Of a stretch of DNA of 64,000 bases, positions 25,801-40,800 are shown one piece after another. The position numbers and the translations under genes are program-made. Position 1 is the stretch's first letter. Every line of letters begins with the position of its first letter. Below the pieces are notes generated by a model. It saw nothing but the letters and a program-made list of their open reading frames with translations. It did no database searches and was not told the origin of the DNA. The stretch is from Podarcis bocagei. Its lineage: Eukaryota. Location: the NCBI GenBank assembly GCA_964188305.1, contig OZ076893.1, one strand, 5' to 3'.

Positions 25801-28800
25801 CCATGTTAGCTGTACACCTTGTTCTACCTATGGCTTGTTTAACAAAACCACAAGCCATCTCACAGATGAACAAAGGAGCCTCAGCTTGTTTCTCCAAAGC
25901 TTGGTTGGTCTGCCAGCTGCTCCTGCTTTGCGCCTCTCTACCATAGTGAATGTCTGAGGATGGAGGGCCAAAACATATATGATTTAGAAGAATGAATTTA
26001 TAATGATAAACATTAAGGAGCATTACCTGCTGGATTGATCAGATGATGGCCGGGGAGGTAGTGGTTCTACTGAGAACAGTTCTTCGCTGCCTTGCATAGC
26101 ATCTATACTAGTGCTTGCCAATGTAAAAGGTGCCGTAGGACGTGCAATACCCATTCTGACTGGGATAATGAGGGATTCCGCTACATTGCACAATTCCTCC
26201 ACAGCGTAAGGTAGCAAAGCTTGGAATACACGCTTGCATTTCCCAATTGGCTGTGGAATGAAGTTACTGGAAACAAGACGTGGGAAGGGAAAACACTGAC
26301 ATCAACAGCCACATTCAAAAAGGTTCAGAATACACAAAAACCAGAGCAGGTTGTTTAATGGTTTTGTATTTGCACAACTATTTATCTGTTCATCCTGTTC
26401 AGTCAATAGTCAAGCTGCACTGCTTCCCCCTTAACACTGCTAAAATACAGCCCTTCTTTCTGTCTCTTGGGCAAAAATTCTGGTCCCCACCTCCAGTCTA
26501 GTGGTTGGCCTACTGTTCCACTAGCAGCCCGGTGGATACAAAACAGTATGTTGAACTTTACCTTAAAACTGAAAGAAAGTTAGAAGTATATTATACAGTT
26601 GGAGCACTACATTTATGGGAAAAGACTGAAAACACAACAGGTTTAATTATAAAACGGTGACTAACCCATTCATGTAGCTTTTCATAAATCAAAGCATTTT
26701 ATTTACTCTGCAGTCTTTCTAGCAATATGAATCAGAGGCATAGTGTGGTACCCAAGTTATACGACCATGGCAGGCTTTGGCTTACAGATGGTGGGGGGAC
26801 AGTGCTACTATGCGGGATGCTGTATGGAGACATGCATCCCCATTTGTTCCTATGTTTCAGGATACACAGCATGAGAAAGCCCCCAAGGTTTCTGTGTAAT
26901 AATGCTATCTGTAGACACAGATGTTTCATTGTACTAACTTTTGAAACATGGTTTGAATTTACTCTCCAGAGGACTGTTTCCAGTTGATGTGTACACCACC
27001 TACAAAATACAATGACATCTACCCTTGAAGATGATCTGGAAGTTGCAGATGGTGCAGAACATGGCCACATGGCAGGAGCGGTACAGCAAGATAGGACCAC
27101 ACAACACCAATCCTGCATGAACTACACTGGCTACCTATTTTTTGGTGCTGGGTCCAACTCAAGGTCTTTATATACTAAAGCGCCAACAACTTAGGACCTC
27201 ACTACCTGCTAGTTCTCTCCTTATCTGCCAAGCCAGGCCTTGCAATCTGCTGGAGGCAGCTCATTTTGTAGACACACCAGTGAGCATAGCTCGCTATGCG
27301 GGGGGTGACATGGTCTTTTTGGGTAGCCTCGCACTTGCAGAACTCCCTCCCTATGGGGATCAAGTTGTCCCTCTCACAGTTTTTACAAAGCAGCTTCATT
27401 CACACAGGGATTTGGGAGAAGTCTGAGAGCAAATGGCTACTCTTGATGCTACTGAACTGTTGAGGGGCATTTTACAAATAAAAAATCTTAAGCATTCTCT
27501 CTCACTGCCCCAAGCAGTAATTCAAGTTTTTTTATATTAAAAAAGCTTACTTTTTCTTTTTTGAGGAAGCCATTTCCACACTGAGGATAACAAAAACTCT
27601 TGCCACAGAACGCAGAAACCTCATTGTAACAGAAATTGCTTCTTCTCTGCGACCTGGAGTATATTTGTTCTGCAGTTCCTTTACAAGTGTCCCCAGCAAA
27701 GTATCTAAAAGCTGCAAAGAAAAGTTTACTGGAGCAAATGTCTACTACGGCTACGCAACCATGCAAATTCTTGTGCAAAGGAACTGAATACATAAGAGTT
27801 AGGACAAACTTGCCACAACTTAGATCTGCTAATCACATTAACATTCATACCTTCTAAGCGCATAAGCATCGAATGGACAAATTTCTTTGGCACTGTGTTA
27901 TTTAAATATGCCTTACCAGTATGTCTGCTGTACACTTTACAATAAGGCAGTGTGTAAAACAATCCAGCCGAATAGTTCCACTTTGCTGATTAAGATACAC
28001 TTGTTCTTCAGGCAACAGATGACCAATCCTACTGCTTGCACTAAGACTTGGAAAAAAGCAAAAGAAAGCAGGGAAAGAGGAAAAATAATGTAAGCTGCCA
28101 AGTCTATGATACAAAGTCAGTGCTCAAAAGTGTAATCATAACTAGTTCGTTAATACACACGGGTCTTTGTTCTCCTGTGAGCCAAACATGATCATAGACT
28201 TCAGTGCATTCCAATCTTGCAAAACCCGTTCCAAGGCAAGCTGTGCAAATCGTGGAGGTTCTAAATCATGATCTGGCATATCCGAATCTAAAGCCAAGGA
28301 ATTAAAGAAAAGCATGTAAGCAGTTACTGCAGCAGTTGCTACAATAAGAGAAACATCTTGTAAACGAGAAAAAGGTCCCACCTTCAGGATTTGCAGTCTT
28401 ACGATTACGGTCTTCCCTAATTCTTGGTGGCCTGTACTGGCAATGTTCTACTGTTTGTCTTGCAACTGTCTGCACCAAGAAGAGCAAAAGATGTTCCCCC
28501 CTGTAAACATAGAAACAAACCAAGAGTTGACATAGGAACTACACTGGGGCTTTTTGTGGGGCAGATCAATCCCACTATACAAGAGACACTTGCCTACTAT
28601 TTGGCATGGTGACAAGGTTCGTGGTGGTGAGCAGCCGGAAAAGCAAATCAAGACGAGCAGACTTCTGTCCTGCAATTAATGTTTTGCACTTGCATTTCTC
28701 CCAGCAGTCACAGTAGGCTGTTGGGGATGTGCGTTTGAGCCTGAAAGTAGAGACAAAATGTGTTAATACAATTTATAAATTTATAAACAGCAGTTTCCAT

Positions 28801-31800
28801 ATTGATATACACTACAACCAGTTTCACTATGTCCATAATCACATTTTTTTTAAAAAAAACTGCTAATTCAACTGAAGTGTTTTTCATCTAAATACCATTT
28901 TCCAGTTCTTGTTTATGAAAGGCTACATTAGTCTGAGGAAACGGTGGCCTTGAAAATAGGGTGGCAGCTTCTCCCCCTATTATCAGTCCTAAGCAAATGC
29001 CTTATTTATCTCACCTCTCTGTGACACTGCTGGAGAGGAGGCTACCTAGCTGGTTACATCTCCACTCCCCATCCCTACACTGTGGACCCAGGCCCAAGTT
29101 GCAATTCCAGCTTCCTTCAATCATCTATCAATCCGTTCACTAACGAAAATTTTAGGTACAGCATAGCACTAAAAGAAATAAAATTCTACTGCATTTTCAA
29201 GCAAAATGAAACTGAATCATCCCTGAAAATACACAGCAACCTACAGAAGTCTTGATATTAGGAATAAACACACGTACTTGCAATCATGACCTTTGTGGCA
29301 CACCCTTGCGCACTCTGTGCAACAGCACAGAGACTCCAGTAAACCGCATGTCCTACATTCAAATATATCCTACAAAGAGAAAATTGAGCATTTTAGGGGG
29401 GGAATGGAGTACTATGTATAATTTTACGATGCTGCTTTTAAGTGGTAGCTAACAATTCTATATATGTCTACTTATAAGTAAAGAATCGTCAAGTTCAATG
29501 GAACTTACTTGCAGGTAAGTATGCACAAAATTGCAGCCTTATTTATTCTTCAAGAGTTTTCAAGTTAGATTACATTAAAATAATGTTAAGCTTCTTGTTA
29601 ATGGTTTCTTGTTAAGCCAAAGAGAGCAGTAAGAAGCTTTCCCCCACCCAGCCCTTTCCCCAGAAAACCCAGCAGTAAGAGAAAGGCAAGCATTTAAAAA
29701 TCTATGCTTAAAAGCTCAGGAATATGAGCTTGTCTTTACACCTAGCACAAAAAACCAATTAAGTTCCCTTATTTTACCTGATTTATGTGCTCTGCACCAG
29801 TCCATGTAAAGCTGCATGTATCATTGCAACATAGGACATATAAAGGAGAGTCATCTGGGTTTGTGCCAGTTGGACAAACCATTCCCATAAACACATCCTC
29901 TTCCTTTTCACCTGAAGTTGCCTCCGCTTTTTAAAAAAGGAGAAAGATAGTGCTTAAAATGAAGTTATACATACTCTTTGAAGAGCTAACAACTTAAGGT
30001 AATAATTCTCAAAGGCCCTCTATGAAGAACACAAAACATCACGGCACTTTAACATTACTGCTAAACCACACTGCACATCAGCTAACCAAATGCACTCATG
30101 CTTCCCTCCAAAATGACTTCAAATTGTATTAGTTATACTAAACAAAATTCCTCCTCTATGGAGAACAGGTTTTTATCTTTGTTTCACTGAAAGCTGCCAC
30201 TATTCACAACCTTCTGTCAATAATTGCCCTGACCTATTTTCACAAAAAAGAAAACCAATGGATATCAGAGCATACCCTCCTGCAGGGAAATTATTACAGG
30301 AAACTGTATCTATTGAATCAGACACTTTTTAAAACCAAGAAGATAACAGAAAGTTATTCATGGACAGCAGGAAGACTGGCATTTTCTATTAATTCAATAT
30401 TTTACATTTTATTCCACTGTCTAATCCAGAGATTTAGGAAGGGGAAAGCCCTCGATTATTGGCATACATAAAGCAAGAATCACAAATAGTATTCACATAC
30501 CTTTGGCAACTTTTTGTGCAGTTTCTAAAATGGTAATTGCTGCAGGATATGCTCTGCCGCTTACAGCAGACATAAACGGTGTCATACCTCTTGCATCCCT
30601 AAAAAACAGTAATATGTCAGTATCATTTTCAGTTAAGTTAAAAAGGCAGTCTTTTAGGTATAGCAGAAAGAGCCTGATTTAGTACTACCCCAACTTTTAA
30701 AGTTAAAATGAAGGTAATAGATCTGATGCATAAACAAAAATGGAAAAATCAATCTATTAACAAATACAAAATAGAGCTGTTTATATCAAGGCTCAGTGCA
30801 GCTTTGTAAAACATACCCAATTCCCTCAACCATTCTTCATAAAGCTTGGCTTCCCAAGTAGATGAAAACACTACAAGACATGCACAAAAAGACCCCTTAC
30901 TTGGCTGATAGCAGTTCCCGAAGATAAGGCTGTAAAACCACACTGTCGCATAACAATTTCAATATGAAGTGAGCATTTGCCTTCCGATCCTTTGATTCCA
31001 CTACAGAGGGTTCTGTAGAAGGACCTGCAAATTGGAAAAGTATTGGTGAAAAATAGCTGCCTACAAAAGTAGCTCACTTACTTAAAACATTCTAGAAAAG
31101 AGGGATTCCTGTATCAAGCTATTATGATTAGCCAACACTTTCACAATGTCAGAAACCTGATGCTAAATTATGAATTTGAGTGTATATAAAGGACTGGAAA
31201 CTTCATGTCCTGAAACCAATATTGGCCAACATATTTTAATGTGTGAAGCAGTGCCAAATAGTTTTAACAGGACAAACAGACTCATATGTTAAGCACCCTT
31301 ATTCATTATACAGAACGATGGGAAGATGCACCTTCAAGTTATAGGAGGGAACATTTAAGCTGCACTAAAATACATGTATGAAGCGAGCATTTGCCATTTC
31401 TTTTTATTAAGTCGTATGCAAGTGTACAAAATAGCATGTTCTCACCTGGTATCGTGGAGGTGCTGGGTCCTTGGCCAGTGCCAGTTGTTGCTGTGGTAAG
31501 AGATCCCACAGCAGGGGCCAGGATAAAATCAATGTCACCATCTTTTAGTAAACAGAACAGTAGGATGCACATCAATACATAAAACACACCCCTGGCAATA
31601 TGCGCACTCCACAGAAACTACCCACACTATATCTTTAAATTTTCTTTCCTTCCAAAGGCTATTCAACGAAACTACTGGTAAGTGCAGCTAACATTATAGC
31701 AGATAGCAAGTCACATTACTGAAATAAGCAACATCTGCCTACAAGCTGTAATCAGAAAATTTTAACACTCAGTTTTCACCTGAAAGCACAGAAGTGGCTA

Positions 31801-34800
31801 ACTAGCTAAATGCTTTGCACCACTGAAGTTGCAATAACATTGATGCAATGCATTTCTTATTCCTACGCTCTTTCACAAGTTCACACGAAAGGCAATTTAT
31901 ATCTACTTTTACACTTATGCACAACTGCATGTGAAAATCTTACCAGGGTCCATCGCAGGAGGATCAGGCACCCAGCTTGGAGGAGCGATGGGAGGAGAAA
32001 CTGGATCCTGATGATCACTGGATGAAGCCCCTGCTTCATGTCTGCCCAAACCTGCTGCTCTCAGAGATCTTCTCATCATCTCTCTCAGTCGCAAACTAAG
32101 ACCAAACAGAAAATCCTAAAATTAACGCTTGCCTATTCTTGTGCAGGGAGCATACTGAAGGCAACCTAGTGTTCTAGAATGCCAAACTAACTTTTGTCCG
32201 CATTTATAACTAATATGTGGGAAAGAAAGCAATATAAATGCCACACCAATTATTAAATATGAAAAAGAAATACGGCACGTATTTTAGACACAGTACTGTC
32301 AATGTACCAATTCAACTTTGCATTCTCCTTGTAACTGCGGTAAGCCTGAAGTTGCTCTTGCATTTAATTTATAAGTGAGCACCCGCTCCCCCCGCAAGAT
32401 GGGGGGAGAAAAGGGAATAACTAGCAACCAAAAACACATTGCAGGTGGTTTGCAAGTGAGTGGGCTCCAACGTAGGAGTACAGGGTGCCAGTGTGGTGTA
32501 GTGGTTAAGAGTCTCATAATCTGGTGAACTGGGTTCGCGTCTCCGCTCCTCCACTTGCAGCTGCTGGGTGACCTTGGGCTAGCACACTTCTTTGAAGTCT
32601 CTCAGCCCCACTCACCTCACAGAGTGTTTGTTGTGGGGGAGGAAGGGAAAGGAGAATGTTAGCCGCTTTGAGACTCCTTCGGGTAGTGATAAAGCAGGAT
32701 ATCAAATCCAAACTCTCCAGCAATGTATCAGATTCTTATCTGGTGAAAACAGGCTGATAACACAACTTTATGACCACTGCAAAAGTATAGCAATTGTTGT
32801 TATACTTTTCCATTCACCATATAGATGGGTTTATGAAGCATTTCTGTATCCTTCTGTTGTGCTGAAGAAGAATTCCACGAAACAGTGGGTATATCTGGAA
32901 TCACTGTTCACTACATCTATTTGCAAACTACTTCGGCAGTGTTGGATGCCATAAACAAAGCTTTTCAGCCTGTTTTCACCAGATAAGAATCTGATACATT
33001 GCTTCTTTCAGAGACTTGCATAGCCTTCAAAGACTTTCAGAGACTTATAAGACACATTCATTTGGTTTTATGTTTTCAAGAGAATCCATTAAGAGTGCAT
33101 ATTTTGCGACTTTCAGAGATTCATAAGTTTTCTGTTTATGTGATTTCATATATTTCATATTACATAAAGAGTGTCTATTGATATCGTATCATTGTATTTG
33201 GTCATCGTGTTGCCTTGCTTTTAGAAAGACTGGAGCCAGAAACAAACTCCAATTCTCCTCTATTAAGGAGTTAAGGAAAGACTGTCGTCAATCCCAGCCA
33301 AATATGAAAGAACTGTGGCTCAAACCAGACAAAAGGGCACATAGTCCTGCCCACCTGATACAAGTTATGCCCCTCTGGAGGGCTGCTGCCGACCAAACCC
33401 TGGGTTAGATGGAGGGTGCTATCAGAGACAAGCAGAAAGAGGGAAAGCAGCACCACAGTAAGTCAGGGAAAGAAGAAGCGAGCTCCCATGCTTACTGGAA
33501 AAAGGATATTTATTGTTGTTGCTCATCAAAAGATTTGAAAAGTAGTTTGTGATACGGTATGGTGGTTTTCTTGTTCAAAAAACAAGAGCCAGAAATCTAA
33601 CCCGCACACACTTAGGAACATGAGAAGCTGCCTTATAATGATCAGTCTGTCTGCCCATCTAACCCAGTATTTTTGACTGGCAGCGCCTTTCCAGGGTCTC
33701 AGGAAGAAACTCTTTCTATCACCTGCTACCTGATCTTTTAACTGGAGATGCCAGGGAGTCAATCTGGGACATTCTACATGCAGACGATGTGCTCTATCAC
33801 TGAGCCACAGGACCTCCCAAGCAGCCCTTTGGATCCTGGCCTGCGTTAATTCATAATGTCTTGCCAGTAATTAATACTGCAATAGCAAAAAGAGAAGTTT
33901 CCACTAGCTTACCTTCTGCTGCTAGAGGATCCTGCACGATTTCCCGGTCCATTACTTGACACCACTGAAATAGCATTTGCAATCGCCTCGACGGCAGATA
34001 ACCTTTCAGCAAATGTGTTCCTTTCGGAGCGCTCTGCTTCTGAAGCATAAAGAAGAAACTTGGCATCTGTTTTTTACAGAGACATTAAACACTAAAGAAC
34101 AGAAAGCTTCTCTGTCACTTTTATATAAAATTTGTATATGAAATGAACATGGAATTTCTCAATATTAATATGCAAATGTATAATGATGACAATGGGTTTG
34201 ATTACTGAATAGCAAAAAAACTCCACAGCAGAGAAGAGAAAGACAGGACAATTTAAACTGGAAAACACATAAGACACGAATACACAACTGGGCAATTCTA
34301 GCACTCAGTGGTAAGCAGGAAAGGTTAGGTTCTTTTTGCTAAATAAGGAAACCAGTCTCCAAGCAGCCCCATAAATCATTCATTTGCTAGACATCACATT
34401 CAGAGGTTCAGAAACATGTATGTACTTTAGAGATTTGGTAAATGAATTTGCTTGCTTTCCTCTCTACTTCCTCACCCCTATTTCCTTTGCAGCATGCTTA
34501 GTAGATTTATATGCTGTTATTTTTAAAACTGTAGATGGCCTTGAGCAAGTTAGGAGAAGGGTGTAAATGGTGTAGAAATGTATTTTAAATGATTTAGAAA
34601 GTACACTTTCTTCTGCTCTTAGTTCCTCAAAAACTTCATGTATTTTGCCCCACTGCAGACACATACAGTATACATAGATGTTTCCATATTTCTAGTTTAA
34701 TAGGATTCTCTGTTTTGTGGATCTCCAGTTCATGCTGTAAAACGCAGTTTTAATGCATCATACAGGCCATTTTTTGACATACATTGCTCCTTTCCACCTT

Positions 34801-34805
34801 CCTTC

Positions 34806-34836
<31 letters not shown>

Positions 34837-37800
34837 TTTTCTTTCTCTCTCTCTTTCTTTCTTTTTTGTTTTGTTTCAACAGTCATAACCTTATGCTTCA
34901 AGTTCACAATAGCCTGTTTCGTCTTGAAATTCCTGTCTTTCTGCAAGCGTCATCTGCTAATTTCCCCCAGTGTACATTAGCGGCAAGAATTATGGCTGGA
35001 TTCCAAGCACTTCCACACATGCAGGCAATGGAGTTGGCGCTAGCTTCTCCGTGCTGCTTTGAATACTGCACCAGATGGTCCCATAACCTCCAAGCACAGC
35101 TTTTCAGGACTGGAAGACTGCAGTGGGAAGGGAGCCTTGAAATAGCCTGATACAAGCATGGAACATTGAGCGCAGCATTTCAGATCCCACCCTTATTTCC
35201 AAGTGACTTAATTTACCAAGTGGAAAATGTGATGCTGAACTGAAACTTGTTGCCAATTGGGACATTTGTTTCCCTTTCTACCATACTCTCTTCCTGCATT
35301 TTCCAACCGGATTGCCTTGCTGGTTTATGACAAGTCTCGTTACTAATGAAGTTGCTGTGCGTGTGTGTACCTGTGTCTGTGTTCGTGCAACTATTTCAGA
35401 ACAGGTTTTGAACAATTCTGACTCATCTTTCTAGCCTTCATGCAAAAGCTCTCAGAAGAATCTCATCAGCATGAGATCACTGAACTCACCCTCTTCCTCT
35501 TTTGTTTCTTTATTACTGGTTGGAAAGCACACAGATACACAAGCATGCAGAATATTTCGATTTCCATCACATCTGTGACTGAGGAAAGTCTGCAGCATTT
35601 GTGGATTCTGATCCAAGACAACAGCTTGCTCGAGGTTCATCAAATACTGTCTGCAGGCCTCATAGTCACATCGGAGAATATGCTGCATTAAAGTTTGCTT
35701 CTGTGCTCAGAAAAATTGAGAGAGACGTTAATAAAACAAGAGCAAGCAACATTCCCTTGCCCTATGCTACATTCTGCAGCCTCTTTTAGCATCAGTACTT
35801 TATCCTGAACTAAACAAAGTATGGGATACAAATGAGATAAATACCTAAAACTGATCGTGTAACATTTTAAAAAGTGCAGGATCAACAAACTGATTTGAGC
35901 AGGTTGGGAATCCTATACCCCAGCTACAATGCTTTTAAAATTGCATGTGTGGCAAACAAATTTTAGCTATGCATTTATTTACATTTTAAAAAGCTTTATA
36001 TCCCATTTATCCCTTTCATAAAGAAGTTGTCTAAAGTGGCTTACAAATAAAAAGCAAACATAAAAGCAACGATAATCCGGTTATGAAAACACAAATTAAC
36101 AACATTTAAAAAGCAGCTAAAAAGTAAACACACTAGCACTAGAAATCAATATTTAAGCAACAGAATCAAAAGCTTGTTTTAAAAGAAGTTTTCATTTGCT
36201 AGTGGAATTTAAATAAAAAGGACTACAACCTATTTTAGCATTGTTTTTAAAAGCATTTTTAATACCTAAATATCCCATCTTATTAAAAACTGTTATTTAA
36301 AGTTAATTTCTGGGGTGGATGAATTTTTTTAAATAAATCACAATATCTGAAAATGATGTCCCAAAACTGCTATCACAGTAAAACAGAGAGAAGATGAACG
36401 TACACAACTATTTGCACATGATTCTATGAATCTATGTGCTCTTTTGGGTTTGCCCTTCCTGACCAACTTAAAAGTGGAAATGTGAATTAAGCTATCTTTT
36501 TTAAAAATCACATTTTCTCCCTCCATTAAAGAGAAGTTAGGTCCAAAGCACCTATAAACAGTAATAGCAAACATTTGAACAAAAAGTAGACTTTATACTA
36601 GAAGTATCAATTTAGGCAGCTGCATTTTGTAACTAGCAGTAAGCTACTTCTGTCACAGAGCTCTCATATCTAAAATTACTCTGTTTAGATATATTTGTAA
36701 AATGGAAAAGTTCAGTTGAAAACACTGAGTAATCCGGGTGGTGCAGGATAATGTCTCTAAGAGAGAGTATCGCAGATATATATATATGAATTACCTCAAC
36801 AGCCATTATAATGATAGCAGCTTTCTTTTTGATGGTTGAATTGGCAGGAAGGTTTGTTAAGGAATGAACTCCCATTCCCAGGCTGCTAATAGGTGGAAGA
36901 TCAAGCCAATCAGGGTCTCTTATTCCACCCATACAATCTTTTGCCATTGGATATATAGTGCCATTTCCATCTCGAAGAATGATTGGAGATTCCTGCACAA
37001 AAAGTAGATTTTTATAAAATTCAAATTGTCATTATTTTTCTCATTCGTTATTGATTTGTAGCTCTATCACCTGACATATCAACATAGCTGCACTGATGAA
37101 GCCAGTCTGGTGTTCCTGCTGATATGCCCACACAGTGCTGACATCCCCATCACCTGATACCTCTCCCTCCAGGTAAGGTAAGGTAAAGGTAAAGGACCCC
37201 TGGACAGTTAAGTCCAGTCAAAGGCGACTATGGGGTGTGTCACTCATCTCGCTTCAGGCCGAGGGAGCCGGCGTTTGTCCATAGACAGCTTTCTGGGTCA
37301 TGTGGCCAGCATGACTAAACCGCTTCTGGCGCAACAGAACACCATGACGGAAACCAGAGCGCACGGAAACGCCATTTACCTTCCCACCACAGCGGTACCT
37401 ATTTATCTACTTGCACGGGTATACTTTTGGACTGCTAGGTTGGCAGAAGCTGGGACAGAGCAATGGGAGCTCACCCTGTCGTGGGGATTCGAACAGCCGA
37501 CCTTCCGATTGGCAAGTCAAAGAGGCTCAGTGGTTTAGACCACAGCGCCACCCGCATCCCTCCAGGTTGTGTCAGACAACAGGTGTAGTACCTGTCATCC
37601 TCACCGACCACTCCTGCAAATATCCAGAATGGACTAGAAGACCGAGTTCAAATGCTTTCTTAGTGCAGTTTGAATATAGGAATACATATACATTACTACA
37701 ATATCTAGTATCAGAAGCATGCATGATTGTGTCCCTCTCTTCTTTGTGTGAGGATAAAACACTGGCGAGTCGTGTCTCTTCAATTCTGCAGTTAGGTTGC

Positions 37801-40800
37801 AAGGCAAGTAAGAAGAGAAGGGATTCTTCCCAAGATCCATTAACTTCTGTCAGTAGCTTACAAAGCCTTATCCCTCACTATAACATTGATCTACCCACCT
37901 TTTCCTTTTTCTTTACCACTTCCTTCACCAGATAGGGATCAGGAGCACTGACAGTCAAGTTAAGTCTGCCATGATGATTTATTTTTCTACATTTCTTGTT
38001 TAATGGAATAATTTGTCAACATTAAGTAACCCATTAAAGAGGTACTTTTAGGGTGGTAGGAAACACGAAAAATGCATGAAGCTGAGAAGAAACAAACCTG
38101 TCCAGCAGTGAAAATAGCAACACTCCTCTCATTCTGCCCAAGGAAAGCAATACTGCTAGTGGGGAAATTGTTTTCTTGTTCTGCTTTTCCAGTTGCAAGA
38201 TCAAATATGCAATATCTAACCCAGTTCCCGGTCTTCAGGACGGCATGTACTCCTGAAAGAGTGCAAAAAGGACACTGACCAACAGACTATTTCCTCCAAA
38301 AAATATTTCAAACCATTAAACTAGCAAATATTGATTCATGAAATTAAGATGACTCAGTTTAACAATTCTCTAATAGGATAAGTACCTTTCTTTTTTCTAA
38401 AGCAAGCAATAGATAAAATGAGAAGGAAAAAACCCTTCATCCTTACCTTTGGAATCTACATTCACAGCTAGGATTTCTGTTTTTTCTGGAATACATAACT
38501 TTTTAGGAGTCCTCTGAAAACAATCTGGAACTTTTGGTGTCCCACCAGTTTTTACCACCTGTAACAAAAGCAGATTTCTGTACTTCCAATGCAATCTACA
38601 GAATTGGCTTAATTCCCCCCTCTTTAAGAATGTACAATTTGCTTGAAAAGACTAGGATTCTTCTGCAACAGCAGCCAACCAGATGCCTAACAAGCTCATT
38701 AGCCGTGCATAATGGTGAAAGTCGTCCCCTCTTTTTTTCTCCCCAGCATGTGATAAGCGTAAGTATGCCATCTATTAATGTGAGGGCTCCACTTAGCTGT
38801 CATAGCTAACAGACAATGATCAACCCATGAATTGATCTACACTTTTTAATGCCATCTAAGCAAATGACCAGCACTACATCCCAGCCATGTATTTAAAGTA
38901 ATTTATGTGTTGCGTGAAGTTCTTTCTTTTGCCTGTTCCAAACCTACTGCCTAATGTCACAGACTCCAGATTCTTATAAAAGAAAAATTACTCTGTGCGT
39001 AATTTCTAAAATCTAACTTATGTGTCCCCTTAGATGTCCGTCTTTCTAAACTAAAAAATATGCAACTTCTGAAGACTTTACTTTTAATATCTCTGGTTCT
39101 TATATTCTCAAAGTCTGACACCTCTTTGAGATGGAGTGATGGAAGTGAACATAAACTCTAGAAACTGTGGCCACAGCAGAGATAACGGCTTCAAGGGCCA
39201 AAGTCCTGGCATTGCAAACATACCTGGAGCTCATCTATCCTGAGCAACCGACAATCTTGGAGAAGAGAAGATGGATCAGGATCCGAACCAGAGCTGTTTG
39301 TACAATTTGCAGTAGTAGATGTCCCCGGAAATTTTACAGCAACATAAGCACCATCCACCTTCAGTACCTATAAAAGAGAACATATTGCATAGTGTTGAAG
39401 CAGAATTAAAAACTCTCTGAAGTGAAATGGGGGTTCGGGAATCTTAAACTGTACTTAAAACATCCAGAAAAGCAAGTAGTGCCACCACACAAAACCAGAT
39501 TTTCACCAACAATACAATTTCAAGCCACTATGGCTAGGTTTGCTGTAAAACAGCTTTCTTCTATCCATTTTTAAAGGATTGGTACACAGCAAATTAAAGG
39601 AAACTAAGAAAGCTTATTTTATACAAACCTTCCCAACAGGAACATTCTTAACATCTTCCACAAACACAACTTCCCTAAGAGACCACTGTTCTTCATTCAC
39701 TTTCTCCTCTTCTTTTGGGGCAGGGGTAGATCGCCGCCGCTCTTAAGAAAAAAAGGAATAAATTAAAAGTCTCCTTTGTAGCATGTCTGTGACACACAAA
39801 TTCTATGTCTAAAAAAGTAGCACATGGCTACTTATGTCACTTTTCACAGGAAGTGCCTTCTGTGAAGTTTGCGCCATCTACTGAAATTGTATTTTGCTAA
39901 TTTTATCCTGTAAGTATTCCTCTATGGAACACTGTTTCTTACATTATTCATTGTGGGGGTTCAGGAATTAAATATGGATATATTAATATAATTGGCAGAC
40001 ATTGCACCACAGTGGTTTTCGACAAGGCAAAAAACCCCAAAACCTCCCCATATGACTTACTATATGGCATTGATGCACTGCTTGCTATTGAAGAAGCATC
40101 ACTACAGGTAGAAGCTGGAGACGGTGGTGGACCCATTTCAGTTTTCACTGGTTCCTGTTTGCTTTCAGGCCTAGGATTTTTTAAAAAAACCACACACAAG
40201 GCATTTGTTACATTTATTTTCCATTAATATAATGTGAAAACTAGTCAACACTTTGGACAGAGATACTAATTTCTGAATTGTTTGTTAAGTCAACAGACGT
40301 TTTTGCTGATGCAATATAACAGCAAACATATACTGCTACAATATACAGAAGAACTGTTTATGGCCATTTTCAAACCATTAATTTGTACTGGGGGGGAAAT
40401 CAACATACTCTTAAGTATGTGGTTTGCCGGTATGAAAAGGCAATGCAAAGCACATTCTTTGTGTGACCTGCTTCTTTCAAGCATTTGCTAAACAATCTTC
40501 AGAGCAATATTTACAGCCCCCTATGTGGGTTAAACCACAGAGCCTAGGGCTTGCCGCTCAGAAGGTCGGTGGTTCAAATCACCATGATGGGGTGAGCTCC
40601 CATTGCTCGGTCCCTGCTCCTGCCAACCTAGCAGTTCGAAAGCACGTCCAAGTGCAAGTAGATAAATAGGTACCACTCCAGCGGGAAGGTAAACGGCGTT
40701 TCCGTGCGCTGCTCTGGTTCACCAGAAGTCATGCTGGCCACATGACCCAGAAGCTGTACGCCGGCTCCCTCGGCCAGTAAAGAGAGATGAGCACCGCAAC

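Noticed and set aside
32483-32560. tRNA gene (also 33740-33818 and 37480-37560)
   Set aside because: A/B boxes belong to SINE heads; no cloverleaf, and they continue into SINE bodies
37093-37115. CTGATGA followed by a short hairpin as a third hammerhead
   Set aside because: No GAAA after the hairpin and no helix I/III pairing
37411-37935. 174-aa ORF
   Set aside because: Starts inside the antisense strand of a Sauria SINE; TTG start; no homology recognised
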